This document shows, in pieces, positions 1-8,861 of a stretch of DNA of 44,960 bases. The stretch is from Nitrospirota bacterium. GTDB taxonomy: Bacteria; Nitrospirota; JACRHJ01. Position 1 is the stretch's first letter; each line of letters opens with the position of its first letter. The notes under the pieces were generated by a model, which did no database searches, had not been told where the DNA came from, and saw nothing but the letters and a program-made list of their open reading frames with translations. The translations under genes and the position numbers were made by a program. The stretch spans positions 1 through 44,960 of the forward strand of contig DAHWTK010000002.1 in NCBI GenBank assembly GCA_027328825.1. The letters run 5' to 3'.

Positions 1-1152
1 TGCCATAACCATGCCGGAAACATAGTTATTCGTCGTGGACATGTTCCCGAATGTCGCTTGAACACCCCCTTTAACCGGACCCGTAAGCGTGCCGCCGCTA
101 CGAGGCAATGCACCAGCCGCCATACTCCCGATGTTGCCGTAATAATTGTCGATGAAACCGTTTGAGCCGTTATTCGCCACAAACATTATTCCGCTTACGT
201 TTCCTAACGTCGCCTGGACGCCGCCTTTAACCGCTCCCGTCAGTGTTCCGCCTGTTACGGGAAACGCGCCAATAAACGCCGGCGTGTAATCGGACGCCTG
301 GGGTGCCACAGCCCCTGTGCGTCCGTTGAATGACGCAACTCCGGAAACGGACGCGGTTATCTCCTTCCGAAGACTCGACGTGGCGTTCTCGAAAATCACC
401 GCGTTAACAGGAACGTAACCGTTCCAGCTCATTGCCGTTATATTACCAAATGTTCCTTGGACACCGCCTTTTATCGCCCCCAACATCGTGCCGCCAGCGC
501 GAAGGAGCGCACCGTTATGCAGGCTCGACGTGGCGTTCTCGAATATCGTGGAGCTTATGGGCATATAACCATTCCATGCCAGTGCCGTTACATTACCGAA
601 CTTGCAATCACCGTTCACTTCCAGTTTGTGAGTCGGACTCACGCCAATGCCGACATTGCCGTCCGTAGGCGCGAGAATAATGCTGTCGTGATCTGTCTGA
701 TTGCCCTGAATATTCAAAAATCCGTTGACAACATCGCGCCAGAATGTAAATAGATAACCGGCAGTGGAACCGATAAGCAGGTTGTTCGCATTGTCGCTGA
801 TTAAATTAAGCGTGGTCGCCGTCATATTTCCGAACGTCGTACTAACGCCGCCTTTTATCGGGCCAAGCATTGTACCGCCTGCTACAGGGAGCGCCCCAAG
901 CTGGGCGGCCGTGTAGTCGTTCGCCATCGGAACCACCGCCCCTGTGCGTCCGTTGAATGACGCAACGCCGGAAACCGCCCCTACTATCTCGTGATGCAGG
1001 CTCGACGTGGAATTATTAAAAACATTATGATGCACATAGATGACGTTGGCTTCCTCTGGCGTAAGGCCGATCTCGCCCGCAGGGCATGGACGCGGCAATG
1101 TCGCCGCCGCTATCCCCGCAATTAGAACGATTACCGCAAAAAGTTTTTTCAT
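1..1152 (-). CDS. Exported tail-fibre-like repeat protein (first 384 aa; ORF runs off the left edge)
   Basis: ATG at 1152 preceded by GGAGG (5-nt spacer). Frame stays open to nt 1, so it is absent from the ORF track (no stop in window). N-terminus MKKLFAVIVLIAGIAAATL looks like a signal peptide. Two copies of SFNGRTGAV..DYT and four of GGT(M/L)xGxxKGG, motifs typical of phage tail fibres. Confidence 0.6.
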   Translation of the reverse strand, partial: MKKLFAVIVLIAGIAAATLPRPCPAGEIGLTPEEANVIYVHHNVFNNSTSSLHHEIVGAVSGVASFNGRTGAVVPMANDYTAAQLGALPVAGGTMLGPIKGGVSTTFGNMTATTLNLISDNANNLLIGSTAGYLFTFWRDVVNGFLNIQGNQTDHDSIILAPTDGNVGIGVSPTHKLEVNGDCKFGNVTALAWNGYMPISSTIFENATSSLHNGALLRAGGTMLGAIKGGVQGTFGNITAMSWNGYVPVNAVIFENATSSLRKEITASVSGVASFNGRTGAVAPQASDYTPAFIGAFPVTGGTLTGAVKGGVQATLGNVSGIMFVANNGSNGFIDNYYGNIGSMAAGALPRSGGTLTGPVKGGVQATFGNMSTTNNYVSGMVMA

Positions 1153-1161
1153 GATACCTCC

Positions 1162-3687
1162 TTATCGATACGCCGCCGAAAGTTCCGGAATAATATGTTC
1201 CCGGACGATCCTGCGCCAGTCCTGGCCGGTCTGCGCCGGAGTCCCCGCGGGCAGGTGAATGTGTATGCCTCCTCCGATGCTCATGGAACCCGCGCCCCGA
1301 CTGTTCTCTTCCGCCGTCATAACGCGCTCGCCACGGTGCAGGATAGCCCGATAGCCGTCGAAGGGGACGTAATCGAGGCCGGAAGCGTGGGAGCCGTCCG
1401 CGCCCCCCAAAAAACCTATCAGCTTGCCCGTCTGGTCGATGACGGTCGTGCTGATTTTGTCGAGCCTGCTGAGAATGGGATCGCCGAGCGCGGTCTTGAT
1501 GCCGGTAAGCAGATTAAAAACATAGGTGGACGTAAGCGATTCGCTGGTGTCTTTTAAATATCCCATCAGATCGCTTCCGGCGAGGAGCGAAGTCTTGACG
1601 CTGAACAAGGAATTCGCCGCCAGGTCGTTTGCGCTCAATGAGTTGTAAATTTTACCGAGATAGCCGCCCGCGCCTCCGCCGCCGCCCCCTAAATCCGGGT
1701 AGCCCCAGTCCGTCGCGCCCCAGCCGTCCGAGCCCCAGTTCGATGCGGGCGGGAGGAAGTTAAACATGCCGTCGAGTTCCTTCCCGAAAGTCGCGGAATC
1801 GAATTTGCCGCCCGCAAGACTGCCCTTTAAAACCGTTCGCTGAGTTGTCGCGGGCGCGGGACGATAATAGTTCTGCCACTCCGCGTTCACCCTTTGAAGC
1901 GTCGCCCCAGGGCCGCTTGTAAGTTTATGCAAGGCGCTGTTCTGCGACGCCGTGAGCACCGCCTCGCCCTGATGAAGCACCGCCTTGTAGCCGTCGAAGG
2001 GGACGTAAGACAGGCCGCCCGCATGGGAGCCGTCTGCTACCGTCGCGCCTGCGGGCATGGCGTCCATATCACGTGCGCCAAAGGCCATCCCAATTTTATT
2101 AAAGCCTTCCTGTACCCAGTCGTTGATACTTTTGCCGAATACGTGGAGACTGCCGATCCATTTTCCGATTTCCCATCCGGCGATAGCCGCCGCGACGATG
2201 GCACCCATCACTCCGGCGGCTTTTGAGAGGTTGCCGAGCATCCCCTCGAATTTTAAATTATTAATGGCGCCCAACGCCTTTCTGGCGGCCTTGGCTGCGC
2301 CGACTACACCACCTTTTCCGGTATCCATTAAAACTTTTATGACAAATTTTGTGCCGTCGAGAAGGTTGCTAAAACTGGCCTTGCCTAAACCTCCAAGAGC
2401 TTTAATCGCTTTTGTGGCCGCCTGAGCCGCGCCAAGAACACCGCCTTCTCCAACCCCGAATTCTTTTGCAATCTCTCCGATTGGGCCAAGTATCACTTTC
2501 ATGCCGCCGGCCAATACACCAATGCCGACAACAGACAAGATGCCATCGACCAACACGGGATGTTTCTCTATCTCACCTAAAACCGTGTTAAGCGCATGAA
2601 GCGGTCCGGATAAATCATCGTCGGCAAATTTAAACGCAATCGCATGGAGACCTTCCAGTTCGGCGGAAAACTTATGCGTCGCAGCAGCCGCATCTTTTGT
2701 AATCTGGTCGGTGCCTTTACCTTTATTAAGTAAATCGTCAAAAAATTTAAAATTCCCAGTTTTAGAAAACGGTATCTCAAAAGCGTTAACAGCGCGTATT
2801 GCCCGAATGTTAAACAATTTGGTTAATTTATCAAGGTTTCCCCCCGCTGCCGTGAGAATATCTTTCATCAAAACATCGATAGATCGGATAGCCGTCTTGC
2901 GCGAATTGGCCCATACTTTCACGCCGAGCGTTTTTTCTATCTTGTCGGCGTTTTTTATCAACTGGCGGCTGAGGTTTTCATAAGCCGTCGACGCTTCATC
3001 GGATGAGCCGGTAGCCGACCTAATAACAGTAAGCATGGCGCCCATAACGCGAGCGCCATCGGCGCCATGAAGGCCAATTTGAGCAGATGCCGCTGCCACT
3101 CTTTCGGCTTGCGAGGCAAATTGAGGCAGAACGAGGGCTCCTCCTTTGCCCTGCTCGTTCAAAGCGTTCAAGGCTTTAAGCATTTCGGGGCCGGCGGGGA
3201 TACCCATTTTTTTGTTTAGATCGGCAACTATGGCCCCCAAGTCCGACAAATTCGCGCCGCTTGCCCTCCCCGCGATTCCCATGTCGTGAACCGAATTAAT
3301 AGCAAGATTGACATCGCCGGTTTTTTCGATTATTTTGCTAACGCCCTCAAGAAGTTTTGACGGCATCATGTGCACATTGGGATCTGAGGCAGTATCCAAG
3401 ATGACTTTTTTAAGTTTTGCCATTTGTTCGGCGGACATATTGCCCGCCCGGCCTACGTCCGATAGTTTATCGTCAAAATTTGCGGCCTCTTTTGTTAATT
3501 CAGCAAAACCAGCCGCCCCTGCCAACGTAGCCCACTTGCCGCCCAAGGTGTCGAAGGACTGACCTATTTTGCTGAACATGGAGTGCGAGGTTTTTCCGAG
3601 ATGCTTTATCTGCCCCTCGAAGCTCTTGATCGTGGCCGCGCCGGTCTTGCCGTCCACCTTTATTTTCAGAACGATGTCCTGTGCCAT
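1162..3687 (-). CDS. Tail tape measure protein
   Basis: 841-aa ORF directly downstream of a G/GT chaperone pair. Helical Ala/Lys-rich N-half, Gly-rich hydrophobic middle, poly-Gly tract. ATG at 3687. Confidence 0.85.
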   Translation of the reverse strand: MAQDIVLKIKVDGKTGAATIKSFEGQIKHLGKTSHSMFSKIGQSFDTLGGKWATLAGAAGFAELTKEAANFDDKLSDVGRAGNMSAEQMAKLKKVILDTASDPNVHMMPSKLLEGVSKIIEKTGDVNLAINSVHDMGIAGRASGANLSDLGAIVADLNKKMGIPAGPEMLKALNALNEQGKGGALVLPQFASQAERVAAASAQIGLHGADGARVMGAMLTVIRSATGSSDEASTAYENLSRQLIKNADKIEKTLGVKVWANSRKTAIRSIDVLMKDILTAAGGNLDKLTKLFNIRAIRAVNAFEIPFSKTGNFKFFDDLLNKGKGTDQITKDAAAATHKFSAELEGLHAIAFKFADDDLSGPLHALNTVLGEIEKHPVLVDGILSVVGIGVLAGGMKVILGPIGEIAKEFGVGEGGVLGAAQAATKAIKALGGLGKASFSNLLDGTKFVIKVLMDTGKGGVVGAAKAARKALGAINNLKFEGMLGNLSKAAGVMGAIVAAAIAGWEIGKWIGSLHVFGKSINDWVQEGFNKIGMAFGARDMDAMPAGATVADGSHAGGLSYVPFDGYKAVLHQGEAVLTASQNSALHKLTSGPGATLQRVNAEWQNYYRPAPATTQRTVLKGSLAGGKFDSATFGKELDGMFNFLPPASNWGSDGWGATDWGYPDLGGGGGGAGGYLGKIYNSLSANDLAANSLFSVKTSLLAGSDLMGYLKDTSESLTSTYVFNLLTGIKTALGDPILSRLDKISTTVIDQTGKLIGFLGGADGSHASGLDYVPFDGYRAILHRGERVMTAEENSRGAGSMSIGGGIHIHLPAGTPAQTGQDWRRIVREHIIPELSAAYR

Positions 3688-3693
3688 AAACCC

Positions 3694-3736
3694 AAACCTC
3701 TAAAGTCGCTGGGTTCCCGCTTTCGCGGGAATGACG
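3694..3736. repeat. Family-A palindromic repeat, intergenic (gpT stop / TMP start)
   Basis: aaacctctaaagtcgctgggTTCCCGCtttcGCGGGAAtgacg. Near-identical copies at 4476, 14026, 16885 and 17056. Confidence 0.9.
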
Positions 3737-3737
3737 A

Positions 3738-4474
3738 TTATTTTTTATGCGCTCGCTCTGCCGCGTCCTTCATGGCCTTCTCATATATGATGTCCACCGC
3801 TTTCATCGCCAGCCGGAAAGTGTCCTCGCCGCAATCCTCGAAGAACCTGTCCATCACCCACGGGCCCAGACCGACTTCCTTCACGCTCAAAAGAGTTTCG
3901 GCCACGTCCCACGCCGCGAGAGCCGCCGGGAGCGGCCTCGGGTTCTTGCAGTTATCGCAGTCCGGCTCGTCTCCTATTTCCCGGTGGAGCGCCCGGCACT
4001 CGTATTTCCCCGGAAAGAGGCAGTCCACCCGGCCCGGGTTGTTTACCATCCACCGGGCGAACTCTACGAGTTTTTTTCCGTATACTCGCCGCCTTCCGGC
4101 ATCCCGGCGTCTGCTTTGGCCGGGAATATTTGCTCCTCGATGAAATCGAAGAATGGATACGAGTCGTCGCCGTCCTGAAAGTCGAGGAGCGCGAGCTTGT
4201 TCTCCTGGGTGCAGGGAAGCTCGACAGGCCCGGCGCCGTCTCCGCTGTCGGCCTTGATGCCCTTCCAGTCGAGGATCATTGCTGCATAGCTCTCGGCGTA
4301 GTAACGGTTCATGTCGGGCTTCTTGTCTTTGCCGTTACCTGCGGCGGTAAGCAACAGCGCCGCCCTTGCGCGCCGCCGGGTGAGCGGCTGGAGAAGGACC
4401 TGCGCCTCCTGGCCGTTGTATGTCCAGGTTGCCCAAAACGCCTCGCTTTTCTTTTTGTCGAGTTTTAAGTCCAT
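3738..4474 (-). CDS. Tail assembly chaperone gpGT-like fusion made by -1 frameshift
   Basis: The -1 frame from the A-run at 4070-4076 reads ..EKKLVEFARWMVNNPGRVD.. without stops into ORF 3738..4049. Position between major tail and TMP matches the conserved G/GT arrangement. Confidence 0.75.
4064..4474 (-). CDS. Tail assembly chaperone gpG-like
   Basis: 136-aa acidic ORF between the major tail gene and TMP, ending just after the slippery site. Confidence 0.75.
   Translation of the reverse strand: MDLKLDKKKSEAFWATWTYNGQEAQVLLQPLTRRRARAALLLTAAGNGKDKKPDMNRYYAESYAAMILDWKGIKADSGDGAGPVELPCTQENKLALLDFQDGDDSYPFFDFIEEQIFPAKADAGMPEGGEYTEKNS
4070..4076 (-). promoter_or_regulatory. -1 programmed frameshift slippery heptamer A_AAA_AAC
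   Basis: Zero frame reads ACG GAA AAA AAC TCG TAG. The heptamer fits X_XXY_YYZ, lies 2 codons before the gpG stop, and the -1 frame is open. Confidence 0.7.
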
Positions 4475-4475
4475 G

Positions 4476-4521
4476 AAAAACCCCCTAAAGTCGCTGGATT
4501 CCCGCCTTCGCGGGAATGACG
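4476..4521. repeat. Family-A palindromic repeat, intergenic (major tail stop / gpG start)
   Basis: aaaaaccccctaaagtcgctggaTTCCCGCcttcGCGGGAAtgacg. Confidence 0.9.
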
Positions 4522-4522
4522 T

Positions 4523-5959
4523 TTACAAAAACCAGATTGCCAGGTCGTCGTTACCGGCGTTGTAATACGGGTCCGCGTCGATTGTCAGGACGCGCTCGCC
4601 GGATTTGTCCGTTATCTTCGGGATCTTGAACGTCGTCTGCGGAAGGACCAGAGCGCAGACGTAGCCCGCCTTCGGGTTGCCGTTCGCGTCCATGGCGTAG
4701 CTCGGGAGCATCACCGCTTCCGACGTTATCGTCAGAGCGTCCCCGAAGAGGAACAGATCGCTCTGCCGGAAAAAGACTTCAAGCTTCGGCTTCAGGTCCC
4801 TTTCGCCGGGCGTGGCGTAGGACAGGACGTAGTCCTGCGCTATTGCCTCGTCCTCGTGGAACACGACCTTATTGTCCATGTCCACCTGGCCGGAAAGGAC
4901 GTTCATGGCCGCCCCGTTCAGGACCATCGTCCCGCGATGGCCCATGACTACCGTCCCGGACTCTACGCCCGCCGGTATCCAGGGATATACGTCTATTCCG
5001 TTCGCCGCCGTCCAGGCCTGCGCGCCCGTGCCCCTCGTCACCGTAAGGTCCGTCAGGTACGGGTTCGTGGGGCCGGCCCCGGCGTTCAGGGCCTTCCCGG
5101 TGACGATAAGCTTCGTCTCCGTGCTCGTCCCGTCGGAGAGGTTGAAACGCGCGCCGACGTCGAATTTCCGGCCGTCCTGCACCGTTACGACCGTCGCCGC
5201 GCCTGACGCGACGTCCGCATAAAGCGTGTCCGTGCCGCACCTGATGACGCGCTGGAAACCGGAACCCATGGTGAGCTCTACGTCCTCTCCGGGCTTTTTT
5301 ACGACCGAGATTTTGTCCCACACCGTGCCGAGATAAACGAAGACCTCGTCGTAAAAATCCTGCCAGACCGAGTAAGACGGAAGCTCGTCGGCGAGTGTAT
5401 AACCCACGGCGGCGTAAATGTTCGCCGTGGCGACGGGCGCGGCGGAAAATGCGGGGGCGACCGTGACGACGTTCGTTACCGCGTCTATCGCCGTTATGAG
5501 AGCAAGCTCCTGGTGCGCCGGGTTTCCGATATCCACGAGCACCGGTTGCCCGACAGAGAAGTTCGCGGGAGTACCGGGAAGGAAAGTCGTCGTCGTCGGG
5601 GCGGGAGCGGCCTGGACGGTATCCGCGGCGCGCGCGATCTTGTTCCCCATGCCGCCGTTCAGAAGCCTATCCTGAGGCGGAGCAGTCCCGGCGGTCCCGG
5701 AGACATACATGTGCGTCTTGAGGCTCCCGGTGCCGTGCTTGAGCATCCCAAGGAGCATCTTGCGTTTGCTCCGGGTCGCATGCGCGGCCTTGTCCTTCTT
5801 CAGGTCCGGCTCCTGGTCCCAGTTAGACGGGTCTATCGGGATAACGAGGTCTGTATTCGCCGGCTCGGCAATAGCGCCGTAACTCGTCTCCGGCACGACA
5901 AAGAAACGCTCCTTTCTGGACAGAGCGATATTGCTTGCGTTATATCTTTTCAGCGTCAT
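4523..5959 (-). CDS. Major tail (tube) protein with extra central domain
   Basis: 478 aa, ATG with GAGGAG RBS, immediately upstream of the G/GT chaperones. N-terminus ..FFVVPETSYGAIAEP.. resembles tail-tube N-termini. Called mainly from synteny. Confidence 0.5.
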   Translation of the reverse strand: MTLKRYNASNIALSRKERFFVVPETSYGAIAEPANTDLVIPIDPSNWDQEPDLKKDKAAHATRSKRKMLLGMLKHGTGSLKTHMYVSGTAGTAPPQDRLLNGGMGNKIARAADTVQAAPAPTTTTFLPGTPANFSVGQPVLVDIGNPAHQELALITAIDAVTNVVTVAPAFSAAPVATANIYAAVGYTLADELPSYSVWQDFYDEVFVYLGTVWDKISVVKKPGEDVELTMGSGFQRVIRCGTDTLYADVASGAATVVTVQDGRKFDVGARFNLSDGTSTETKLIVTGKALNAGAGPTNPYLTDLTVTRGTGAQAWTAANGIDVYPWIPAGVESGTVVMGHRGTMVLNGAAMNVLSGQVDMDNKVVFHEDEAIAQDYVLSYATPGERDLKPKLEVFFRQSDLFLFGDALTITSEAVMLPSYAMDANGNPKAGYVCALVLPQTTFKIPKITDKSGERVLTIDADPYYNAGNDDLAIWFL

Positions 5960-6188
5960 CGATCTTCTCCTCTTCCGCCTGCGGCTGTGGCGCGGGCTCC
6001 GTTACGTGTTCCTTTCCCATCCCGTCGCCCTCCGGGAGAGGGGCTGGTATTCGGGTTACCGTCCAGTCTTTTTCGCCGTCGAACGACCTGGCGATTTCCT
6101 CGCTTACCAAAAACCGCGTCCCCTTGACGAATACCCCGACGCCGTCTATCCTGACCTCGCCGGGTCCCTCGTATTTCAGTATCGGCAT
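5940..6188 (-). CDS. Hypothetical small virion-module protein (carries a family-B repeat in frame)
   Basis: ATG 6188 with GAGGTGAGG RBS, 82 aa. Confidence 0.5.
   Translation of the reverse strand: MPILKYEGPGEVRIDGVGVFVKGTRFLVSEEIARSFDGEKDWTVTRIPAPLPEGDGMGKEHVTEPAPQPQAEEEKIDDAEKI
6021..6044. repeat. Family-B palindromic repeat, in frame in CDS 5940..6188 (..PAPLPEGDGMG..)
   Basis: cccgtcgCCCTCcgggaGAGGGgc hairpin. Confidence 0.85.
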
Positions 6189-6192
6189 GTCC

Positions 6193-6681
6193 TCACCTCG
6201 AAAGAAGGTTTGTTTCCCAAAGTATCTCGATGCCCTTTACAACCGCGAACCTCGGATAATTGCTGCCCTCGTCGTACCCGGAGCCGAGCGGCTTTATCTG
6301 CTTGACGAGGCCGCCAAGGTTATCCGCCCGCTGGACGGCCTGGTCCACCAGCTCCTCAAGCGTCGTGACGTCGATAAAGCCGGGCTGGATATTCGGGAGT
6401 TCGCCTGAGTTCTCGCCATTGTTGAAAATCAGGATGTAGAGCAGGACCTTGTCGCTCATCTCGCCCATCATGCCGCCGATGAGCTTCGGCTCCTGCTCGA
6501 CACGGGTCATGAGGACCATCGGGCACATCTCCGCAGGTATCTCCTTCACTTCCCGGACGCCGTAGCGTATCGTGAGCGCTTTTCCGTACTGAGCCTGGCA
6601 GAATGCGGAGACGTCGGCGTCGGCGGTTATCGCGGCGGAAAGCGCGTCGAGGATGGATATGAAGGACTTATTCAAGGCCAT
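6193..6681 (-). CDS. Putative neck / tail-terminator protein
   Basis: 162 aa between the gp10-like gene and the major tail gene. Called from position only. Confidence 0.3.
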   Translation of the reverse strand: MALNKSFISILDALSAAITADADVSAFCQAQYGKALTIRYGVREVKEIPAEMCPMVLMTRVEQEPKLIGGMMGEMSDKVLLYILIFNNGENSGELPNIQPGFIDVTTLEELVDQAVQRADNLGGLVKQIKPLGSGYDEGSNYPRFAVVKGIEILWETNLLSR

Positions 6682-7120
6682 ATTTGTCCACCGTCTTTTT
6701 CAGTTCCTCGTCCGCGAAGCGAGGAGCGAGGCCGAGAAATTCCTTTGCGGGCGCCGACAGAAACGGGCGCCGCATCCCGATGACGCCGCCCAGTGCGCCG
6801 CGATGGACCCGGCCTTTCTCAATTGCGCCCGCGTATGCCGCCGAGTTCCCGACGTAAGCGACGCCCGGCTCAATGCGGAGTTTCATAAAAAGAGACCGCC
6901 GCAGGTGACCGGTTCGCACCGGGACGGGCCAGCCGCCGATTCCGGGATTGCGCCGATCCTTCGGCGCGATCCGCGGCCCCGACAGGTTGTCGAACGCCTT
7001 TTTGAAGACGTTCGTCGCGATCCTGCCGGCGATGTTGCTCGCCGTCTCGTCGGCGAGCGCCCTCTTCACTCCGGTGAGGGCGTTTAGCGCTTCCTGCGCA
7101 TGGAATTCGAAGCCGCTCAT
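6668..7120 (-). CDS. HK97 gp10-like head-tail joining protein
   Basis: 150 aa containing ..VRTGHLRRSL..VAYVGNSAAYAGAIEKG.., similar to the DTGxLRxS...YAxxVExG signature of the HK97 gp10 family. TAATG overlap with the upstream gene. Confidence 0.6.
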   Translation of the reverse strand: MSGFEFHAQEALNALTGVKRALADETASNIAGRIATNVFKKAFDNLSGPRIAPKDRRNPGIGGWPVPVRTGHLRRSLFMKLRIEPGVAYVGNSAAYAGAIEKGRVHRGALGGVIGMRRPFLSAPAKEFLGLAPRFADEELKKTVDKYGLE

Positions 7121-7896
7121 TACATATCCCCCGGGTCTGGCCCCGGAAGTGGAGGAGCTCCCGGGCCATAAGGCAAATCCTCAGGTAGAAACGACTGGCG
7201 CGGGAAATGACTCGACCGTGCTGTGATAGACGCAAAGGTCGATGGTCTCCCTGCGATACCCTCTATCCATTCGCAGGCCTTGTCGTACTCCGCGAGCGCG
7301 TCCTTTGCCGCCTGCTCCTCGGATAGTCCCACGCGGACATGCGCCTCCGCCGTCCCCTGGAACTCGCGGAGGAGCCTGGCCTTCCGCATCTGCCAGAGCT
7401 GAGCAACGGAAAGCTCGACAATGGCCTTGTTCGCCGCCGCGATCTGAAGCTCGTCGGTCGCGTTGATGATGATGTCATCGCCGTAACGCGCCCGGAGCTC
7501 GAGCAATTTATTGGCGACGATATTCGCGACCTTCGTCTGGAATCCGGCATTATCAGCCGGAGACAGCCCAAACATCGCGGGCGAGAAACCTCGGTCGATG
7601 ACATCCTGGATAAGGTCGGACTGCCCGACGGGCGCGGCTACGGTGGCGGCGTTCACACCGTAAACGAAGTTCCACTGCTGTTGCCCGACGGTAATCAGCA
7701 GAGAATATGCCCCACCCGTAGAAGGCGTGAAGCTCAGGGAATAAACACCCGGTTGACCGGCGACCGGCGTAACCGTCACGACGATAGCGGAGGCGTCGCC
7801 GTCGACGAGGACAAGATTTTTCGTAAAATCCACATCCGTAAGCCCGTCGGGCGCGCCGTAGAAAATGTCGGTTATCGTTTGTCCGGCAATATTCAT
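7120..7896 (-). CDS. Virion protein: beta-rich (Ig-like) N-domain plus helical C-half, possible head-tail adaptor
   Basis: 258 aa, ATG with GAGGA RBS. N-terminal ..VTVTPVAGQPGVYSLSFTPSTGGAYSLLITV.. looks Ig-like. Role inferred from position. Confidence 0.35.
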   Translation of the reverse strand: MNIAGQTITDIFYGAPDGLTDVDFTKNLVLVDGDASAIVVTVTPVAGQPGVYSLSFTPSTGGAYSLLITVGQQQWNFVYGVNAATVAAPVGQSDLIQDVIDRGFSPAMFGLSPADNAGFQTKVANIVANKLLELRARYGDDIIINATDELQIAAANKAIVELSVAQLWQMRKARLLREFQGTAEAHVRVGLSEEQAAKDALAEYDKACEWIEGIAGRPSTFASITARSSHFPRQSFLPEDLPYGPGAPPLPGPDPGDM

Positions 7897-7903
7897 GGGT
7901 TCC

Positions 7904-8704
7904 TCAATTCAAGACGCTCGCGTCTATCCACAGATTAAACCTGAGCACGGTGTTTATCATGGTGCCGTTTCTGATTTCGACCTCTGCCAGATATTTGCCA
8001 ACACGCAAAGAGGTATCGCTCGTCGATAAATTAATCAGGCCGGCACCCGTAGAGGCGTCGGTAACCTGCGCGGTAATGTCGCGGGCAGGGATTGCATACT
8101 GTGAGCTGATATAATTGGATTTCGCCCCGAACCAGACGGTATAACCCGTGATGTCCTTATTTACCGAATACGGTATCGATGCAGAGTCCCCATACGTCAC
8201 GTGGACGTCGTTGCCCTGGGCGACCGTCTCATAGGAAGCCGCGCCCTGGAACGGCAGGATCGTAATCGCTCCTGCGCCCCACTGGCCCGCGCCGTGGACG
8301 CTCGAAAGGTAGCTATTTATCGAGGTGGAGTTGACGTAGACCTGCGGTTCGGCTTCCACGTCTATCGATTCCGTCTCGCTGTCCGCATACATCCCCGTCG
8401 TGTTCTCGTAGGCGGTATAATGCGCGGAACCCGCCGGGCACGTGAACGACCCGCCGTAGACGCCCGACTGGCCGTCCGCCGGGACCATCGTAGTCGCCGA
8501 GCGGAAGACGGTGCCGTCCTGCCGGATAATCGTGAGCTTCGGCTTTAGGCCAGTAACACCCGCGCCCGCCGATGTAATCTGCAACCGGAGCGGTACTACG
8601 TCCCCCGGCGCGGCGACAATCGCCCAGGCTGTCCCGGCTATCAGCAGAGCGAGCGCGGCAAAAACGCCTGTCATTCTGAGCGTAGTGAAAAATCCGCTTT
8701 TCAT
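7904..8704 (-). CDS. Exported beta-rich protein
   Basis: ATG at 8704 preferred over the track's TTG at 8719 (GGAGG 6 nt upstream). N-terminus MKSGFFTTLRMTGVFAALALLIAGTAWA, whose first 12 codons are encoded by a family-C repeat. Confidence 0.6.
   Translation of the reverse strand: MKSGFFTTLRMTGVFAALALLIAGTAWAIVAAPGDVVPLRLQITSAGAGVTGLKPKLTIIRQDGTVFRSATTMVPADGQSGVYGGSFTCPAGSAHYTAYENTTGMYADSETESIDVEAEPQVYVNSTSINSYLSSVHGAGQWGAGAITILPFQGAASYETVAQGNDVHVTYGDSASIPYSVNKDITGYTVWFGAKSNYISSQYAIPARDITAQVTDASTGAGLINLSTSDTSLRVGKYLAEVEIRNGTMINTVLRFNLWIDASVLN
8670..8704. repeat. Family-C repeat, supplies the start codon and N-terminus of CDS 7904..8704
   Basis: gtcattctgagcgtagtgaaaaatccgcttttcat. Compare 9570-9604 and 35808-35839. 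Confidence 0.9.
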
Positions 8705-8731
8705 TTCATGCCTCCGCAAGGCCCGCAGTGT

Positions 8732-8747
8732 TCCCGAAATTTCGGGA
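8732..8747. repeat. Perfect 16-bp palindrome TCCCGAAATTTCGGGA (function unknown)
   Basis: Read directly. Lies about 30 nt upstream of the 8704 start, in the cytochrome / exported-protein intergenic gap. Confidence 0.5.
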
Positions 8748-8861
8748 CGCTCCGGAGCACCTCACAGCACCCCTTGTTAATCGGTTGGCCGTTGAACTGC
8801 CATACCGGGCAGGCGCTCACGAGGATTGCAGTTATCGTTTTCCAGGGCCGTCCGCGTTTTT

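Noticed and set aside
1-1152. A diversity-generating retroelement (TR/VR pair) in the repetitive fibre-like gene.
   Set aside because: No reverse transcriptase ORF is present in the window. The repeats are in-frame domain duplications with differences at all bases, not an adenine-specific template/variable pair.
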